64,000 bases of DNA from assembly GCF_964204645.1 (NCBI RefSeq), contig NC_134032.1, forward strand, positions 62,001 through 126,000, read 5' to 3'. A model generated the notes under the pieces. It was not told where the DNA came from and searched no databases. It worked only from the letters and a program-made list of their open reading frames with translations. Source of the stretch: Tubulanus polymorphus (taxonomy: Eukaryota; Animalia; Nemertea). Below, piece after piece: positions 1 through 13,600 of the stretch; positions within the stretch are counted from its first letter, which is position 1, and each line of letters starts with the position of its first letter. Position numbers and translations under genes: made by a program.

Positions 1-538
1 ACTGTGAGAATCAGCTACAACAAATATAAACATTCACTCATACTAGTACTGAACTAACTTAAATGACGTCATAGGGGGATTTATATAGCAGCCACACCAG
101 ACAACGTGGCTTTATCAGTTAATCCCCCTATGACATCATCAAATTATCTTTCTATTTCTGGCAAGTCTATATAAAACGTAGAAAAGTTGGCCACCTCCAA
201 TAAATCCCCCTATGACATCATCAAATTATCCCTTCAGAATCCTAGAAAGACAGCTGATTCCGGACCCTGCGCTATATGAAAAGTATGGTTTAAGTACTTA
301 CAGGCGTAAGGCCCCGATGGGCCACTTCCTTCGTTCTCTTCGAACTCAAATCGAACTCTGCCCGGAGTCAGTCGTCGATATGCCGCAACCACCGCTGCGA
401 CACAGCGATATCGGTACCACGCCGTAAACATACGGCTAAACTAGCGACAACTGGCGCTACGATAACAGACGCAGTTACACCACCGGCTATTACCATATTC
501 CTCTTGTGCTGTGGTAGGTGACCGTAACGTGTATGTAA
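1..538 (-). pseudogene. RNF19: RNF19A/B-like fragment copy 1: second TM exon 302-538 (29-nt internal deletion) and the start of the next exon (<1-14)
   Basis: Same exon as 4814-5079 ([21 protein letters not shown]...[15 protein letters not shown]) but 237 instead of 266 nt; runs off the window edge. Confidence 0.85.
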
Positions 539-784
539 CTGAAACACAAGATAAACACATGAGAAATAGCATTTTTCATAGTAAAATTTGCGATAAAAAT
601 CTAGCGCGTGGTGGATTTAGGTTCCAATTTCTGTTTCTGACTAGCGCCATCAAGCGAGTAATTTCAGAACTAGAATTTGTCGATATCCTGTATTTCACCC
701 GATAAGCCTTATCATATGTCCTTGTCATTACGGTTAAATCACAGTAACCACTTGATCTGGTTTATGCGCAGTGTTTAGAACTAG

Positions 785-2330
785 GTCAATTTCAGGTGTA
801 GACGTGTCGCAGGTTTCAGTTATTGAGATCCTCCTCCATTAGACTGAAAATAAATCAAACAACATTCATTATAACATCATTAGAGCAATTCACAAAAATC
901 ATATCAAATATTCGATATAAATAAGAGTAACTAAACGAACCTGATCTAAACATCACCTTCTTTTGAGTAGAATAAACAAAACTCTAGCGTTACGCCTACA
1001 TCTGAAATAATACAAAACACTGAAAATCATTATTTCTTCATCAGATAAACAATGAAAACAGATTCAAAATGCATTTAGTGCCAACAATTTTCAGGCTTAA
1101 AATTTTTTTTCTCATACAAGACATAACGGTAAATTGGTTCAGACTTAGAGCAGGGAACACTATATGAATTTATTCCCACACCGTCTGAAATTACAGATTT
1201 CACAATGAAATTTGCAGCGTGTTCGTTGCTCAGCAGCAGGTGAATCGCAACATTCAAACATGTTTGATATTTCCACAGTAAATTGAGCCGCAATCTTTGA
1301 CAAGCTTTCAAATCATGATGGCATCAATGATTTGAGAACGGCACTGAAAACCTGCTTGGATTTTGGTTAACTCGGTTTTAAAACACCACTGAAACTGGTT
1401 TGTAGAGGTCTGTGATTAGGGCCTAAGATATATCTACCTGAATTGAGGGATCACTTGTTCACTTCATCGCCAAACAGTTATTCCTTGAACTTCCTGATGA
1501 CTGCAGTTATTCAGTTGAGCATCACCCTGAAATAAACATAGAAACCTGTCAGAGAAAGCACTCTAAAATCCATGGTATCAGAGGGTCAAATGCTCCATCT
1601 GTATTGATAGTAATAGTTTAGGCCTCGATCCACTCTTTATGTTATTGATACTTTTTACTGCGGTGAGGGCTAGTGGTTAGAGCGTTCAGCTCTGGGAAGC
1701 CAGGTCGTGGGTTCGATCCCCGTTGTGTCCTCGGGCAAGACTCTTATCCTCACTGCCTCTCTCCACCCAGGAGTAAATGGGTACCTGGCCTGATAGATGA
1801 CTCCTGAGCGCTTGTTAGCAGCTCGGTGTTACTTCTCAAAAGGGAGAGATGACTGATACATGTTAGAGTATTAAAACTGGCCGGGGTAATAATACCGAAA
1901 AATTTAAAGCGCTCTGAGCAGCCTGGCTGGATTTAGCACTATATAAGACACATATTAATATTATTATTATTACTGAATGATGATGGTTTTACAGCACGCA
2001 TCAGTGAATAGAGATTGCTGCTGCTGCTCGTGGGGTTAAACCGGAGTGTTTTATGTCGCTCTCCATCTCGAATCACCTTCATACATCACAAGTATTCGAT
2101 TCATAAGTAAATTTACTTACTGTATTTCAATGTTGAAATGGTTTGAACACATTCTGTCGCTTCTGCGTTGAAAGAGAAGCTTCTAAATATTTCAAGTGTA
2201 AATAGCGATTTATTCGTCCGCCATGCTGGTTCTGCAGACCGCGCAGCTCGAGGTCGACTCGGACTCAGGCTTTGCGCTCCGAGCACCAACTAAAGAGTTC
2301 ACGGTTCTAGCCGCGGATGGCTTTAGATAC
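785..2330 (-). ncRNA. Representative copy of a putative spliced non-coding module: first exon ~2230-2121 (donor ACA|GTAAGT), exons 1526-1438 and 1001-941, acceptor at 843
   Basis: Conserved YnTTTCAG acceptors and CAG|GT donors on the minus strand in the copies, a GC-richer upstream region with an ATGGCGG (YY1-like) motif, and no conserved ORF. First-exon copies at ~2121, 7660, 11884, 14100, 19740 (partial), 22571, 25071, 29967, 30609. Transcription is inferred only. Confidence 0.45.
1661..1975 (+). mobile_element. tRNA-derived CORE-like SINE
   Basis: A-box GGCTAGTGG and B-box GGTTCGATCCC; central TGTGTCCTCGGGCAAGAC...CCACCCAGGAGTAAATGGG; (ATT)n tail; TTACTG target-site duplication. Empty sites at ~11740, ~13955 and ~22425. 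Confidence 0.85.
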
Positions 2331-4369
2331 CGCTCCGGATTACTAGCGGGTAATGAATTCCACGGAATTAGCAATACGTAGCAATTCTAGTGAACTTCCG
2401 AGCTATTGTTCGAATAAAACATTCTAAAATTATTCCCAATTAATGAAACAATCAAATGATCTTATAAGTTGAATTGGTGACTCACAACACGTATTTAACC
2501 TAATAGTTTTTTTCAGCGGGGCACGGCTGAGAGTATCGACAAGTTTTGTATTTCTTTAACAAATATCTGTGAAATTTTTTGCTAAAAATTCATTCTGTTA
2601 TTATATCGATGAAAATAAGTGTAGTTATTCATTTCAGTATGAAATTTGGCTCTGTTTTAAGGAATTACTATTTTTCCAGACATCGGATCCAGAATATCAC
2701 CTTGCCATCACCATGACAACGCACCAGTCAAAACTAAACAACAATCATTCAGAAATGAAGCCCTGTAGATTCTTAAATTTGGTTTAAAGTTTCCCTATTT
2801 TGGTTGAGTAGATTCTGAATGATGCAAAGTTTACTAGAGACATTGGTTTTATCAAAATCATCTCTGGAAGACAGTGCCAATCCTGGAAGGGTTTTAACAG
2901 TCACTCAGATATTGTGTTCCACTGCATTCAGATCAAACCAACAGTTCACACTCAATTTGAGAACTATTTTGTGTTTATCTAAAATAAATTTCACGTTTAT
3001 TTTGACACTCAAGATATAAATTTCTAAATTTCCAATAGATGGCGTCTGTGATATACAGTTTAATCCAATACGAATACGTATTCGTATTAATCCAATAATT
3101 TGGTGGTTCAGCAGATATCCAATAGGTGGCGATCATGTCGTAGTAACTATTCATCAGTATATATCAGACACCCTGGTCTATCATCTGATCAGAATCACTT
3201 GGTTTGAACCTGGGATATCCCTCCAAATCCTCTAAACAGCATGAAACATCACAGTCATTTAGAATCAATAATTCATTCATTTGACGTGCAGTCAATTTCA
3301 GGTGTAGACGTGTCGCAGGTTTCAGTTATTGAGATCCTCCTCCATTAGACTGAATATAAATCAAACAACATTCATTATAACATCATTAGAGCAATTCACA
3401 AAAATCATATCAAATATTCGATATAAATAAGAGTAACTAAAACAAACCTGATCTAAACATCACCTTCTTTTGAGTAGAATAAACAAAACTCTAGCGTTAC
3501 GCCTACATCTGAAATAATACAAAACACTGAAAATCATTATTTCTTCATCAGATAAAAAATGAAAACAGATTCAACAAGATTCAAAATGCTTCTAGTTCCA
3601 AGAATTTTCAGTGGTACAATTTTTTTGTCATACAAGACTTAACGGTAAATTGGTTCAGACTTAGAGCGGGGAACACTATATGAATTTATTCCCACACCGT
3701 CTGAAATTACAAATTTCACAATGAAATTTGCAGCGTGTTCGTTGCTCAGCTGCAGGTGAATCGCAACATTCAAACATGTTTGATATTTCCACAGTAAATT
3801 GAGCCGCAATCTTTGACAAGCTTTCAAATCATGACGGCATCAATGATTTGAGAACGGTGCTGAAAACCTGCTTGGATTTTGGTTAACTCGGTTTTAAAAC
3901 ACCACAGTTTTTAACTTCGAAACTGTTTCTACAAATCTACTGTGGGTTTTTTATTCGTCGACTAAAAGTGGTGCAACGCCGTGCATATCACAGCAGTTTG
4001 TGTCAGTTGCGATCGAAAGCAACTGTTGGCCTACCGTAGACCGGAGTAGAACACGGGCAACTAGCCGGATACGGCTTGCGACGAGTCGGTAGGCGTCGGG
4101 TTGCCGTCGCAAGCCGGCATATGTCGAACAGATAGAGCAGAAACTGGCGGCCTCTCATAGGCCGTTAATCGGCGATAAACCCAGTTGTGTCGGTAGGCAT
4201 CGCGTTGCTTGTCGACATAAGTCAGCCTTAATCCTGCTTTCTCAGAGAACTGCTCTTCCTTCTCTTTGAGATTTTCCTAAATCTGCACCCGTACCTTCGC
4301 CGTGCCCTTCTCCAATTTTCTCAGGGGATCCACGTGATTCGTGAGATTGTAGTCGGGAAAATCTCTTAC

Positions 4370-6071
4370 CTGTTTTGGAATCTGCTCGGTCCGGCAACGG
4401 CGCTTCCCGATAAACTACCGTTCAAACTGGAGCCAGCAATCGCTCTGTTACTGGCCGATTAGCGATCGCTCTCATCGCGGATTATCCCGACTCGGTCGAT
4501 GTGGCTTCCGCTAGCGCTAAGACTGCCAGTCATAGCCATAGACATCTCACCGATACTAGGTCCGATACTGGGGTTCGCTACCCGGTCACTGGTCATTTCT
4601 ATACTGTGAGAATCAGCTACAACAAATATAAACATTCACTCATACTAGTACTGAACTAACTTAAATGACGTCATAGGGGGATTTATATAGCAGCCACACC
4701 AGACAACATGGCTTTATCAGTTAATGACATCATCAAATTATCCCTTCAGAATCCTAGAAAGACAGCTGATTCCGGACCCTGCGCTATATGAAAAGTATGG
4801 TTTAAGTACTTACGGGCGTAAGGCCCCGATGGGCCACTTCCTTCGTTCTGTTCGAACTCAAATCGAACTCCGCCCGGAGTCAGTCGTCCATACGCCGCAA
4901 CCACCGCTGCGACACAGCGATATCGGTACCACGCCGTAAACATACGCCAATAATATCGGTACACCGATACCAACGGCTAAACTAGCGACAACTGGCGCTA
5001 CGATAACAGACGCAGTTACACCACCGGCTATAACCATATTCCTCTTGTGCTGTGGTAGGTGACCGTAACGTGTATGTAACTGAAACACAAGATAAACACA
5101 TGAGAAATAGCATTTTTCATAGTAAAATTTGCGATAAAAATCTAGCGCGTGGTGGATTTAGGTTCCAATTTCCGTTTCTGACTAGCGCCATCAAGCGAGT
5201 AATTTCAGAACTTGAATTTGTCGATATCCTGTATTTCACCCGATAAGCCTTATCATATGTCCTTGTCATTACGGTTAAATGACAGTAACCACTTGATACA
5301 GTTTATGCGCAGTGTTTAGAATTAGGATTTTGACAAATAAAATCAATAAGGATTTATTACTTCTAAGTGTTGGTTATTCAAGGTCACTCTGTGAATTCAA
5401 TTCGAATACAGTCTATATTCAATCCCAGTTTTTGGCTATATTAAATTATTGAAAAACTGGGATTGGGATTGACTGGAATTGACTTTGTATTGAGTTTAAC
5501 AGTTGTGTGGGTTTAATTTCAACATGAAAGGACATTTCAAAGGACATAATAATATCTGTAATGAGGCATTCAATAAATGAACACTTTGAATCCCAGTTCA
5601 TCTGTTTGGGTTAAATTCCTTTAGTTCAACAATTTCCTCAAATTGAAAAACTGTAGTCAGAAAGCTGACCTACCACACATATTCAGCTATCATTTTATGT
5701 CTCACGTGGTCACCCTGTGTGATAGGCTTCACGTATATAAGACTTCCAGTTATGTATCCATGCGTATATGTTCTCGGCATTCAGACCAAAAACTACCTTT
5801 TTGGGCACGAGGCCCTTGTGACTCGTGTGGAAATATAATAATGATCACTAAATTGAGATTCTCACAGACAGACGGCAGATGGATTCCTAATATTAGTCGA
5901 TAATTTACCTTGCGTCCGACCCAGACGGGAATCCCTATGATCATCGCGGGAACTGCGATTCCAGCAACGAGTCCGATACCGACCGGAGCGCCAACTAACG
6001 TGACAAGTTGCCACAATATCTTCTTCTTTCGGCTCCATGGCTTTTTATCCCAGAAAGTGCAGCCAGACGGA
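4370..6071 (-). pseudogene. RNF19: RNF19A/B (RBR E3 ligase) fragment copy 2: exons 6071-5909, 5079-4814, 4616-4370; probable decayed terminal-exon sequence down to ~3905
   Basis: Exons translate to [52 protein letters not shown] / [59 protein letters not shown] / NPSIG..MTGSLSASGSHIDRVG..SLSGSAVAG..NR. These match the recalled TM and C-terminal region of RNF19A/B. GT-AG boundaries are canonical. There is a frameshift before GVRFEF and an in-frame TAA in the third exon. Confidence 0.9.
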
Positions 6072-6250
6072 CTGAAAATCAACATAATCGACTAAATTAT
6101 TACTCAATTTCTAAGGACTTATAAACCTTTATCATCGATTAAAGGCTAAGCTCGGGTTTACAAGGAAGGACCATAAATATCAATGGATTTATTCTATCAC
6201 TTGCAACCATTTGATTCAGAGCTCTGACAACTAGAGAATCGCCATGTGTG

Positions 6251-6357
6251 CAGGGGCCAGTTGCATAGTCATGGCTTAGACTTAAGACTAGTCCAAGACC
6301 AACTTAGTTCTATAGCTAATCTAACAACTTAAGACCAGTCCCAAGATTTAAGACCAC
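6251..6357. mobile_element. Truncated MITE-like element at a module junction (second copy 19138-19243)
   Basis: Starts GGGGCCAGTTGCATAGTC (TIR-like) with internal CTTAAGAC subrepeats, then cuts abruptly into the core module. Confidence 0.5.
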
Positions 6358-7199
6358 CATTATAACATCATTAGAGCAATTCACAAAAATCATATCAAAT
6401 ATTCGATATAAATAAGAGTAACTAAACGAACCTGATCTAAACATCACCTTCTTTTGAGTAGAATAAACAAAACTCTAGCGTTACGCCTACATCTGAAATA
6501 ATACAAAACACTGAAAATCATTATTTCTTCATCAGATAAAAAATGAAAACAGATTCAACAAGATTCAAAATGCTTTTAGTGCCAAGAATTTGTTACAATT
6601 TTTTTTCATACAAGACTTAACGGTAAATTGGTTCAGACTTAGAGCAGGGAACACTATATGAATTTATTCCCACACCGTCTGAAATTACAGATTTCACAAT
6701 GAAATTTGCAGCGTGTTCGTTGCTCAGCAGCAGGTGAATCGCAACATTCAAACATGTTTGATATTTCCACAGTTAATTTTGTCGCAGCAAATATTTTTGC
6801 TAAGTCCCAAACACAGTAAATTGAGCCGCAATCTTTGACAAGCTTTCAAATGACGATGGCATCAATGATTTGAGAACGGCGCTGAAAACCTGCTTAGATT
6901 TTGGTAAACTCGGTTTTAAAACACCACTGAAACTGGTTTCTAGAGGTCTGTGATTAGGGCCTGAGATATATCTACCTGAATTGAGCGATCACTTGTTCAC
7001 TTCATCGCCAAACAGTTATTCCTTGAACTTCCTGATGACTGCAGTTTATTAGTAGAGCATCACCCTGAAATAAACATAGAAACCTGTCAGAGAAATCACT
7101 CTAAAATCCAGGGTATCAGCAGGGTCAAATGCTCCATCTGTATTGATAGTAATAGTTTAGGCCTCGATCCACTCTTTATGTTATTGATACTTTTTACTG

Positions 7200-7514
7200 C
7201 GGTGAGGGCTAGTGGTTAGAGCGTTCAGCTCTGGGAAGCCAGGTCATGGGTTCGATCCCCGTTGTGTCCTCGGGCAAGACTCTTATCCTCACTGCCTCTC
7301 TCCACCCAGTAGTAAATGGGTACCTGGTCTGATAGATGACTCCTGAGCGCTTGTTAGCAGCTCGGTGTTACTTCTACCCAGGGAGAGATGACTGATACAT
7401 GTTAGAGTATTAAAACTGGCCGGGGTAATAATACCGAAAAATGTAAAGCGCTCTGAGCAGCTTGGCTGGATTTAGCACTATATAAGACACATATTAATAT
7501 TAATATTATTACTG
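7200..7514 (+). mobile_element. Same SINE insertion, duplicated with its module
   Basis: Near-identical sequence and identical flanks to 1661-1975. Confidence 0.85.
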
Positions 7515-9730
7515 AATGATGATGGTTTTACAGCACGCATCAGTGAATAGTGATTGCTGCTGCTGCTCGTGGGGTTAAACCGGAGTGTTTTATGTCGCTC
7601 TCCATCTCGAATCACCTTCATACATCACAAGTATTCGATTCATGAGTAAATTTACTTACTGTATTTCAATGTTGAAATGGTTTGGATACAATCTGACGCA
7701 TCTAGGTTGAGAGAGAAGCTTCTAAATATTTCAAGTGAAAATAGCGATTTATTCGTCCGCCATGCTAGTTCTGCAGACCGCGCAGCTCGAGGTTGACAAG
7801 GACTAAGGCTTTGCGCTCCGAGCACCAACTAAAGAGTTCACGGTTCTAGCCGCGGATGGCTTTAGATACCGCTCCGGATTACTAGCAGGGTAATGAATTC
7901 CATGGAATTAGCAATACGTAGCAATTCTACTGAACTTCCGAGCTATTGTTCGAATAAAACATTCTAAAATTATTACAAATTAATAAAACAATCAAATAAT
8001 CTTTTACGTTGAATTGGTGACTCACAACACGTATTTAACCGAATAGTTTTTTCAGCGGGGCACGGACGAGAGTATCGACAAGTTTTGTATTTCTGTAACA
8101 AATATCTGTGAAATTTTTTGCTCAAATAAACTCATTCTGTAATCATATCGATGAAAATAAGTGAAGTTATTCATTTCAGTATGAAATTTGGCTCTGTTTT
8201 CAGGAATTACTATTTTTCCAAAAATCGGATCCAGAATATCACCTTGCCGTCACCATGACAACGCACCAGTCAAAACAAACAACAATCATTCAGAAATGAA
8301 GCCCTGTAGATTATTGAAATTGGTTTCAAGTTTCTTTATTTTGGTTGAGTAGATTCTGAATGATGCAAAGTTTACTAGAGACACTGGTTTTATCAAAATC
8401 ATCTCTGGAAGACAGTGCCAATCCTGGAAGGGTTTTAACAGTCACTCAGATATTGTGTTCCACTGCATTCAGATCAAACCAACAGTTCAGACTCAATTTG
8501 AGAACTATTTTGTGTTTATCTAAAATAAATTTCACGTTTATTTTGACTCGAGATATAAATTTCTAAATTTCCAATAGATGGCACCTGTGATATACAGTAT
8601 ATTCGTATTAATCTAATAATTTGGTGGTTCAGCAGTTATCCAATAGGCGGCGATCATGTCGTAGTAACTATTCATCAGTATATATCAGACACCCTGGTTT
8701 ATCATCTGATCAAAATCACTGGGTTTGAACTTGGGACATTTCTTACAAATCCTCTAAACAGCATGAAACATCACAGTCATTTAGAATCAATAATTCATTC
8801 ATTTGACGCGCAGTCAATTTCAGGTGTAGACGTGTCGCAGGTTTCAGTTATTGAGATCCTCCTCCATTAGACTGAAAATAAATCAAACAACATTCATTAT
8901 AACATCATTAGAGCAATTCACAAAAATCATATCAAATATTCGATATAAATAAGAGTAACTAAACGAACCTGATCTAAACATCACCTTCTTTTGAGTAGAA
9001 TAAACAAAACTCTAGCGTTACGCCTACATCTGAAATAATACAAAACACTGAAAATCATTATTTCTTCATCAGATAAAAAATGAAAACAGATTCAACAAGA
9101 TTCAAAATGCTTTTAGTGCCAAGAATTTGTTACAATTTTTTTTCATACAAGACTTAACGGTAAATTAGTTCAGACTTAGAGCGGGGAACACTATATGAAT
9201 TTATTCCCACAGCGTCTGAAATTACAGATTTCACACCAGAATTTTCAGCCTGTTCGTTGCTCAGCCGCAGGTGAATCGCACCATTCAAACATGTTTGATA
9301 TTTCCACAGTTAATTTCATTGCAGCAAAATTTTTGTTTAGTCCCAAACACAGTAAATTGAGCCGCAATCTTTGACAAGCTTTCAAATCATGACGGCATCA
9401 ATGATTTGAGAACGGTGCTGAAAACCTGCTTGGATTTTGGTTAACTCGGTTTTAAAACACCACAGTTTTTAACTTCGAAACTGTTTCTACAAATCTACTG
9501 TGGGTTTTTATTCATCGACTAGAAGTGGTGCAACGCCGTGCATATCACAGCAGTTTGTGTCAGTTGCGATCGAAAGCAACTGTTGGCCTACCGTAGGCCG
9601 GAGTAGAACACGGGCAACTAGCCGGATACGGCTTGCGACGAGTCGGTAGGGGTCAGGTTGCCGTCGCAAGCCGGCTTATGTCGAACAGATAGAGCAGCAA
9701 CTGGAGATTGTAGTCGGGAAAATCTCTTAC

Positions 9731-10612
9731 CTGTTTTGGAATCCGCTCGGTCCGGCAACGGCGCTTCCCGATAAACTACCATTCAAACTGGAGCCAGCAA
9801 TCGCTCTGTTACTGGCCGATTAGCGATCGCTCTCATCGCGGATTATCCCGACTCGGTCGATGTGGCTTCCGCTAGCGCTAAGACTGCCAGTCATAGCCAT
9901 GGACATCTCACCGATACTAGGTCCGATACTGGGGTTCGCTACCCGGTCACTGGTCGTTTCTATACTGTGAGAATCAGCTACAACAAATATAAACATTCAC
10001 TCATACTAGTACTGAACTAACTTAAATGACGTCATAGGGGGATTTATATAGCAGCCACACCAGACAACATGGCTTTATCAGTTAATCCCCTTATGACATC
10101 ATCAAATTATCTTTCTCTTTATGGCTAGTCTATACAAAATGTAGAAAAGTTGGCCACCTCCAATAAATCCCCCTATGACATCATCAAATTATCTTTCTCT
10201 TTATGGCTAGTCTATACAAAATGTAGAAAAGTTGGCCACCGCCAATAAATCCCCCTATGACATCATCAAATTATCCCTTATGAATCCTAGAAAGACAGCT
10301 GATTCCGGACCCTGCACTATATGAAAAGTATGGTTTAAGTACTTACGGGCGTAAGGCCCCGATGGGCCACTTCCTTCGTTCTGTTCGAACTCAAATCGAA
10401 CTCCGCCCGGAGTCAGTCGTCGATACGCCGCAACCACCGCTGCGACACAGCGATATCGGTACCACGCCGTAAACATACGCCAATAATATCGGTACACCGA
10501 TACCAACGGCTAAACTAGCGACAACTGGCGCTACGATAACAGACGCAGTTACACCACCGGCTATAACCATATTCCTCTTGTGCTGTGGTAGGTGACCGTA
10601 ACGTGTGTGTAA
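9731..10612 (-). pseudogene. RNF19: RNF19A/B fragment copy 3: exons 10612-10347 and 9977-9731
   Basis: Near-identical to copy 2 with the same frameshift and TAA; lacks the PSGCTFW exon. Confidence 0.88.
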
Positions 10613-13600
10613 CTGAAACACAAGATAAACACATGAGAAATAGCATTTTTCATAGTAAAATTTGCGATAAAAATCTAGCGCGTGGTGGATTTAGGTTCCA
10701 ATTTCTGTTTCTGACTAGCGCCATCAAGCGAGTAATTTCAGAACTTGAATTTGTCGATATCCTGTATTTCACCCGATAAGCCTTATCATATGTCCTTGTC
10801 ATTACGGTTAAATGACAGTAACCACTTGATCTGGTTTATGCGCAGTGTTTAGAACTAGGTCAATTTCAGGTGTAGACGTGTCGCAGGTTTCAGTTATTGA
10901 GATCCTCCTCCATTAGACTGAAAATAAATCAAACAACATTCATTATAACATCATTAGAGCAATTCACAAAAATCGTATCAAATATTCGATATAAATAAGA
11001 GTAACTAAACAAACCTGATCTAAACATCACCTTCTTTTGAGTAGAATAAACAAAACTCTAGCGTTACGCCTACATCTGAAATAATACAAAACACTGAAAA
11101 TCATTATTTCTTCATCAGATAAAAAATGAAAACAGATTCAACAAGATTCAAAATGCTTTTAGTGCCAAGAATTTTCAGGCTTAGAATTTTTTTTCTCATA
11201 CAAGACTTAACGGTAAATTGGTTCAGACTTAGAGCGGGGAACACTATATGAATTTATTCCCACACCGTCTGAAATTACAGATTTCACAATTAAATTTGCA
11301 GCGTGTTCGTTGCTCAGCAGCAGGTGAATCACACCATTCAAACATGTTTGATATTTCCACAGTAAATTGAGCCGCAATCTTTAACAAACTTTCAAATCAT
11401 GATGGCATCAATGATTTGAGAACGGCACTGAAAACCTGCTTGGATTTTGGTTAACTCGGTTTTAAAACACCACTGAAACTGGTTTGTAGAGGTCTGTGAT
11501 TAGGGCCTAAGATATATCTACCTGAATTGAGGGATCACTTGTTCACTTCATCGCCAAACAGTTATTCCTTGAACTTCCTGATGACTGCAGTTATTCAGTA
11601 GAGCATCACCCTGAAATAAACAGAAACCTGTGAGAGAAAGTTCTCTAAAATCCAGGGTATCCGCTGGGTCAAATGCTACATCTGTATTGATAGTAATAGT
11701 TTAGGCCTCGATCCACTCTTTATGTTATTGATACTTTTTACTGAATGATGGTTTTACAGCACGCATCAATGAATAGAGATTGCTGCTGCTCGTGGGGTTA
11801 AACCGGAGTGTTTTATGTCGCTCTCCATCTCGAATCACCTTCATACATCACAAGTATTCGATTCATAAGTAAATTTACTTACTGTATTTCAATGTTGAAA
11901 TGGTTTGAAGACATTCTGTCGCTTCTGTGTTGAAAGAGAAACTTATAAATATTTCAAGTGTAAATAGCGATTTATTCGTCCGCCATGCTAGTTCTGCAGA
12001 CCGCGCAGCTCGAGGTCGACTCGGCCGAGCACCAACTAAAGAGTTCACGGTTCTAGCCGCGGATGGCTTTAGATACCGCTCCGGATTACTAGCGGGGTAA
12101 TGAATTCCACGGAATTAGCAATACGTAGCAATTCTAGTGAACTTCCGAGCTATTGTTCGAATAAAACATTCTAAAATTATTCCCAATTAATGAAAAAATC
12201 AAATAATCTTTTAAGTTGAATTGGTGACTCACAACACGTATTTAACCTAATAGTTTTTTCATCGGGGCACGGCTGAGAGTATCGACAAGTTCTGTATTTC
12301 TGTAACAAATATCTGTGAAATTTTTTGCTCAAATAAATTCATTCTGTTATTATATCGATGAAAACAACTGTAGTTATTCATTTCAGTATGAAATTTGGCT
12401 CTGTTTTGAGGAATTACTATTTTTCGAGACATCGAATCCAGAATATCACCTTGCCATCACCATGGCAACGCACCAGTCAAAACAAACAACATCATCAGTA
12501 ATGAAGCCCTATAGATTCTTAAATTTCGTTTCAAGTTTCTTTATTTTGGTTGAGTAGATTCTGAACGATGCAAAGTTAACTAGAGACACTGGTTTTATCA
12601 AAATCATCTCTGGAAGACAGTGCTAATCCTGGAAGGGTTTTAACAGTCACTCAGATATTGTGTTCCACTGCATTCAGATCAAACCAACAGTTCAAACTCA
12701 ATTTGAGAACTATCTTGTGTTTATCTAAAATGCATTTCACGTTTATTTTGACTCAAGATATAAATTTCTAAATTTCCAATAGATGGCGTCTGTGATATAC
12801 AGTTTAATCCAATACGAATACGTATTCCTATTAATCCAATAATTTGGTGGTTCAGCAGATATCCAATAGGTGGCGATCATGTCGTAGTAACTATTCATCA
12901 GTATATATCAGACACCCTGGTTTATCATCTGATCAGAATCACTGGGTTTGAACTTGGGACATCCCTCCAAATCCTCTAAACAGCATGAAACATCAGTCAT
13001 TTAGAATCAATAATTCATTCATTTGACGCGCAGTCAATTTCAGGTGTAGACGTGTCGCAGGTTTCAGTTATTGAGATCCTCCTCCATTAGACTGAATATA
13101 AATCAAACAACATTCATTATAACATCATTAGAGCAATTCACAAAAATCATATCAAATATTCGATATAAATAAGAGTAACTAAACGAACCTGATCTAAACA
13201 TCACCTTCTTTTGAGTAGAATAAACAAAACTCTAGCGTTACGCCTACATCTGAAATAATACAAAACACTGAAAATCATTATTTCTTCATCAGATAAAAAA
13301 TGAAAACAGATTCAACAAGATTCAAAATGCTTTTAGTGCCAAGAATTTGTTACAATTTTTTTTCATACAAGACTTTACAGTAAATTGGTTCAGACTTAGA
13401 GCAGGGAAAACTATATGAATTTATTCCCACACCGTCTGAAATTACAGATTTCACAATGAAATTTGCAGCGTGTTCGTTGCTCAGCAGCAGGTGAATCGCA
13501 ACATTCAAACATGTTTGATATTTTCACAGTAAATTTCATCGCAGCAAAATTTTTGTTTAGTCCCAAACACAGTATATTGAGCTGAAATCTTTGACAAGCT

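Noticed and set aside
1661-1725. tRNA genes at the SINE heads (also 32300-32365 and 50835-50900)
   Set aside because: A and B boxes are present, but there is no complete acceptor stem or cloverleaf, and the sequences continue into SINE bodies.
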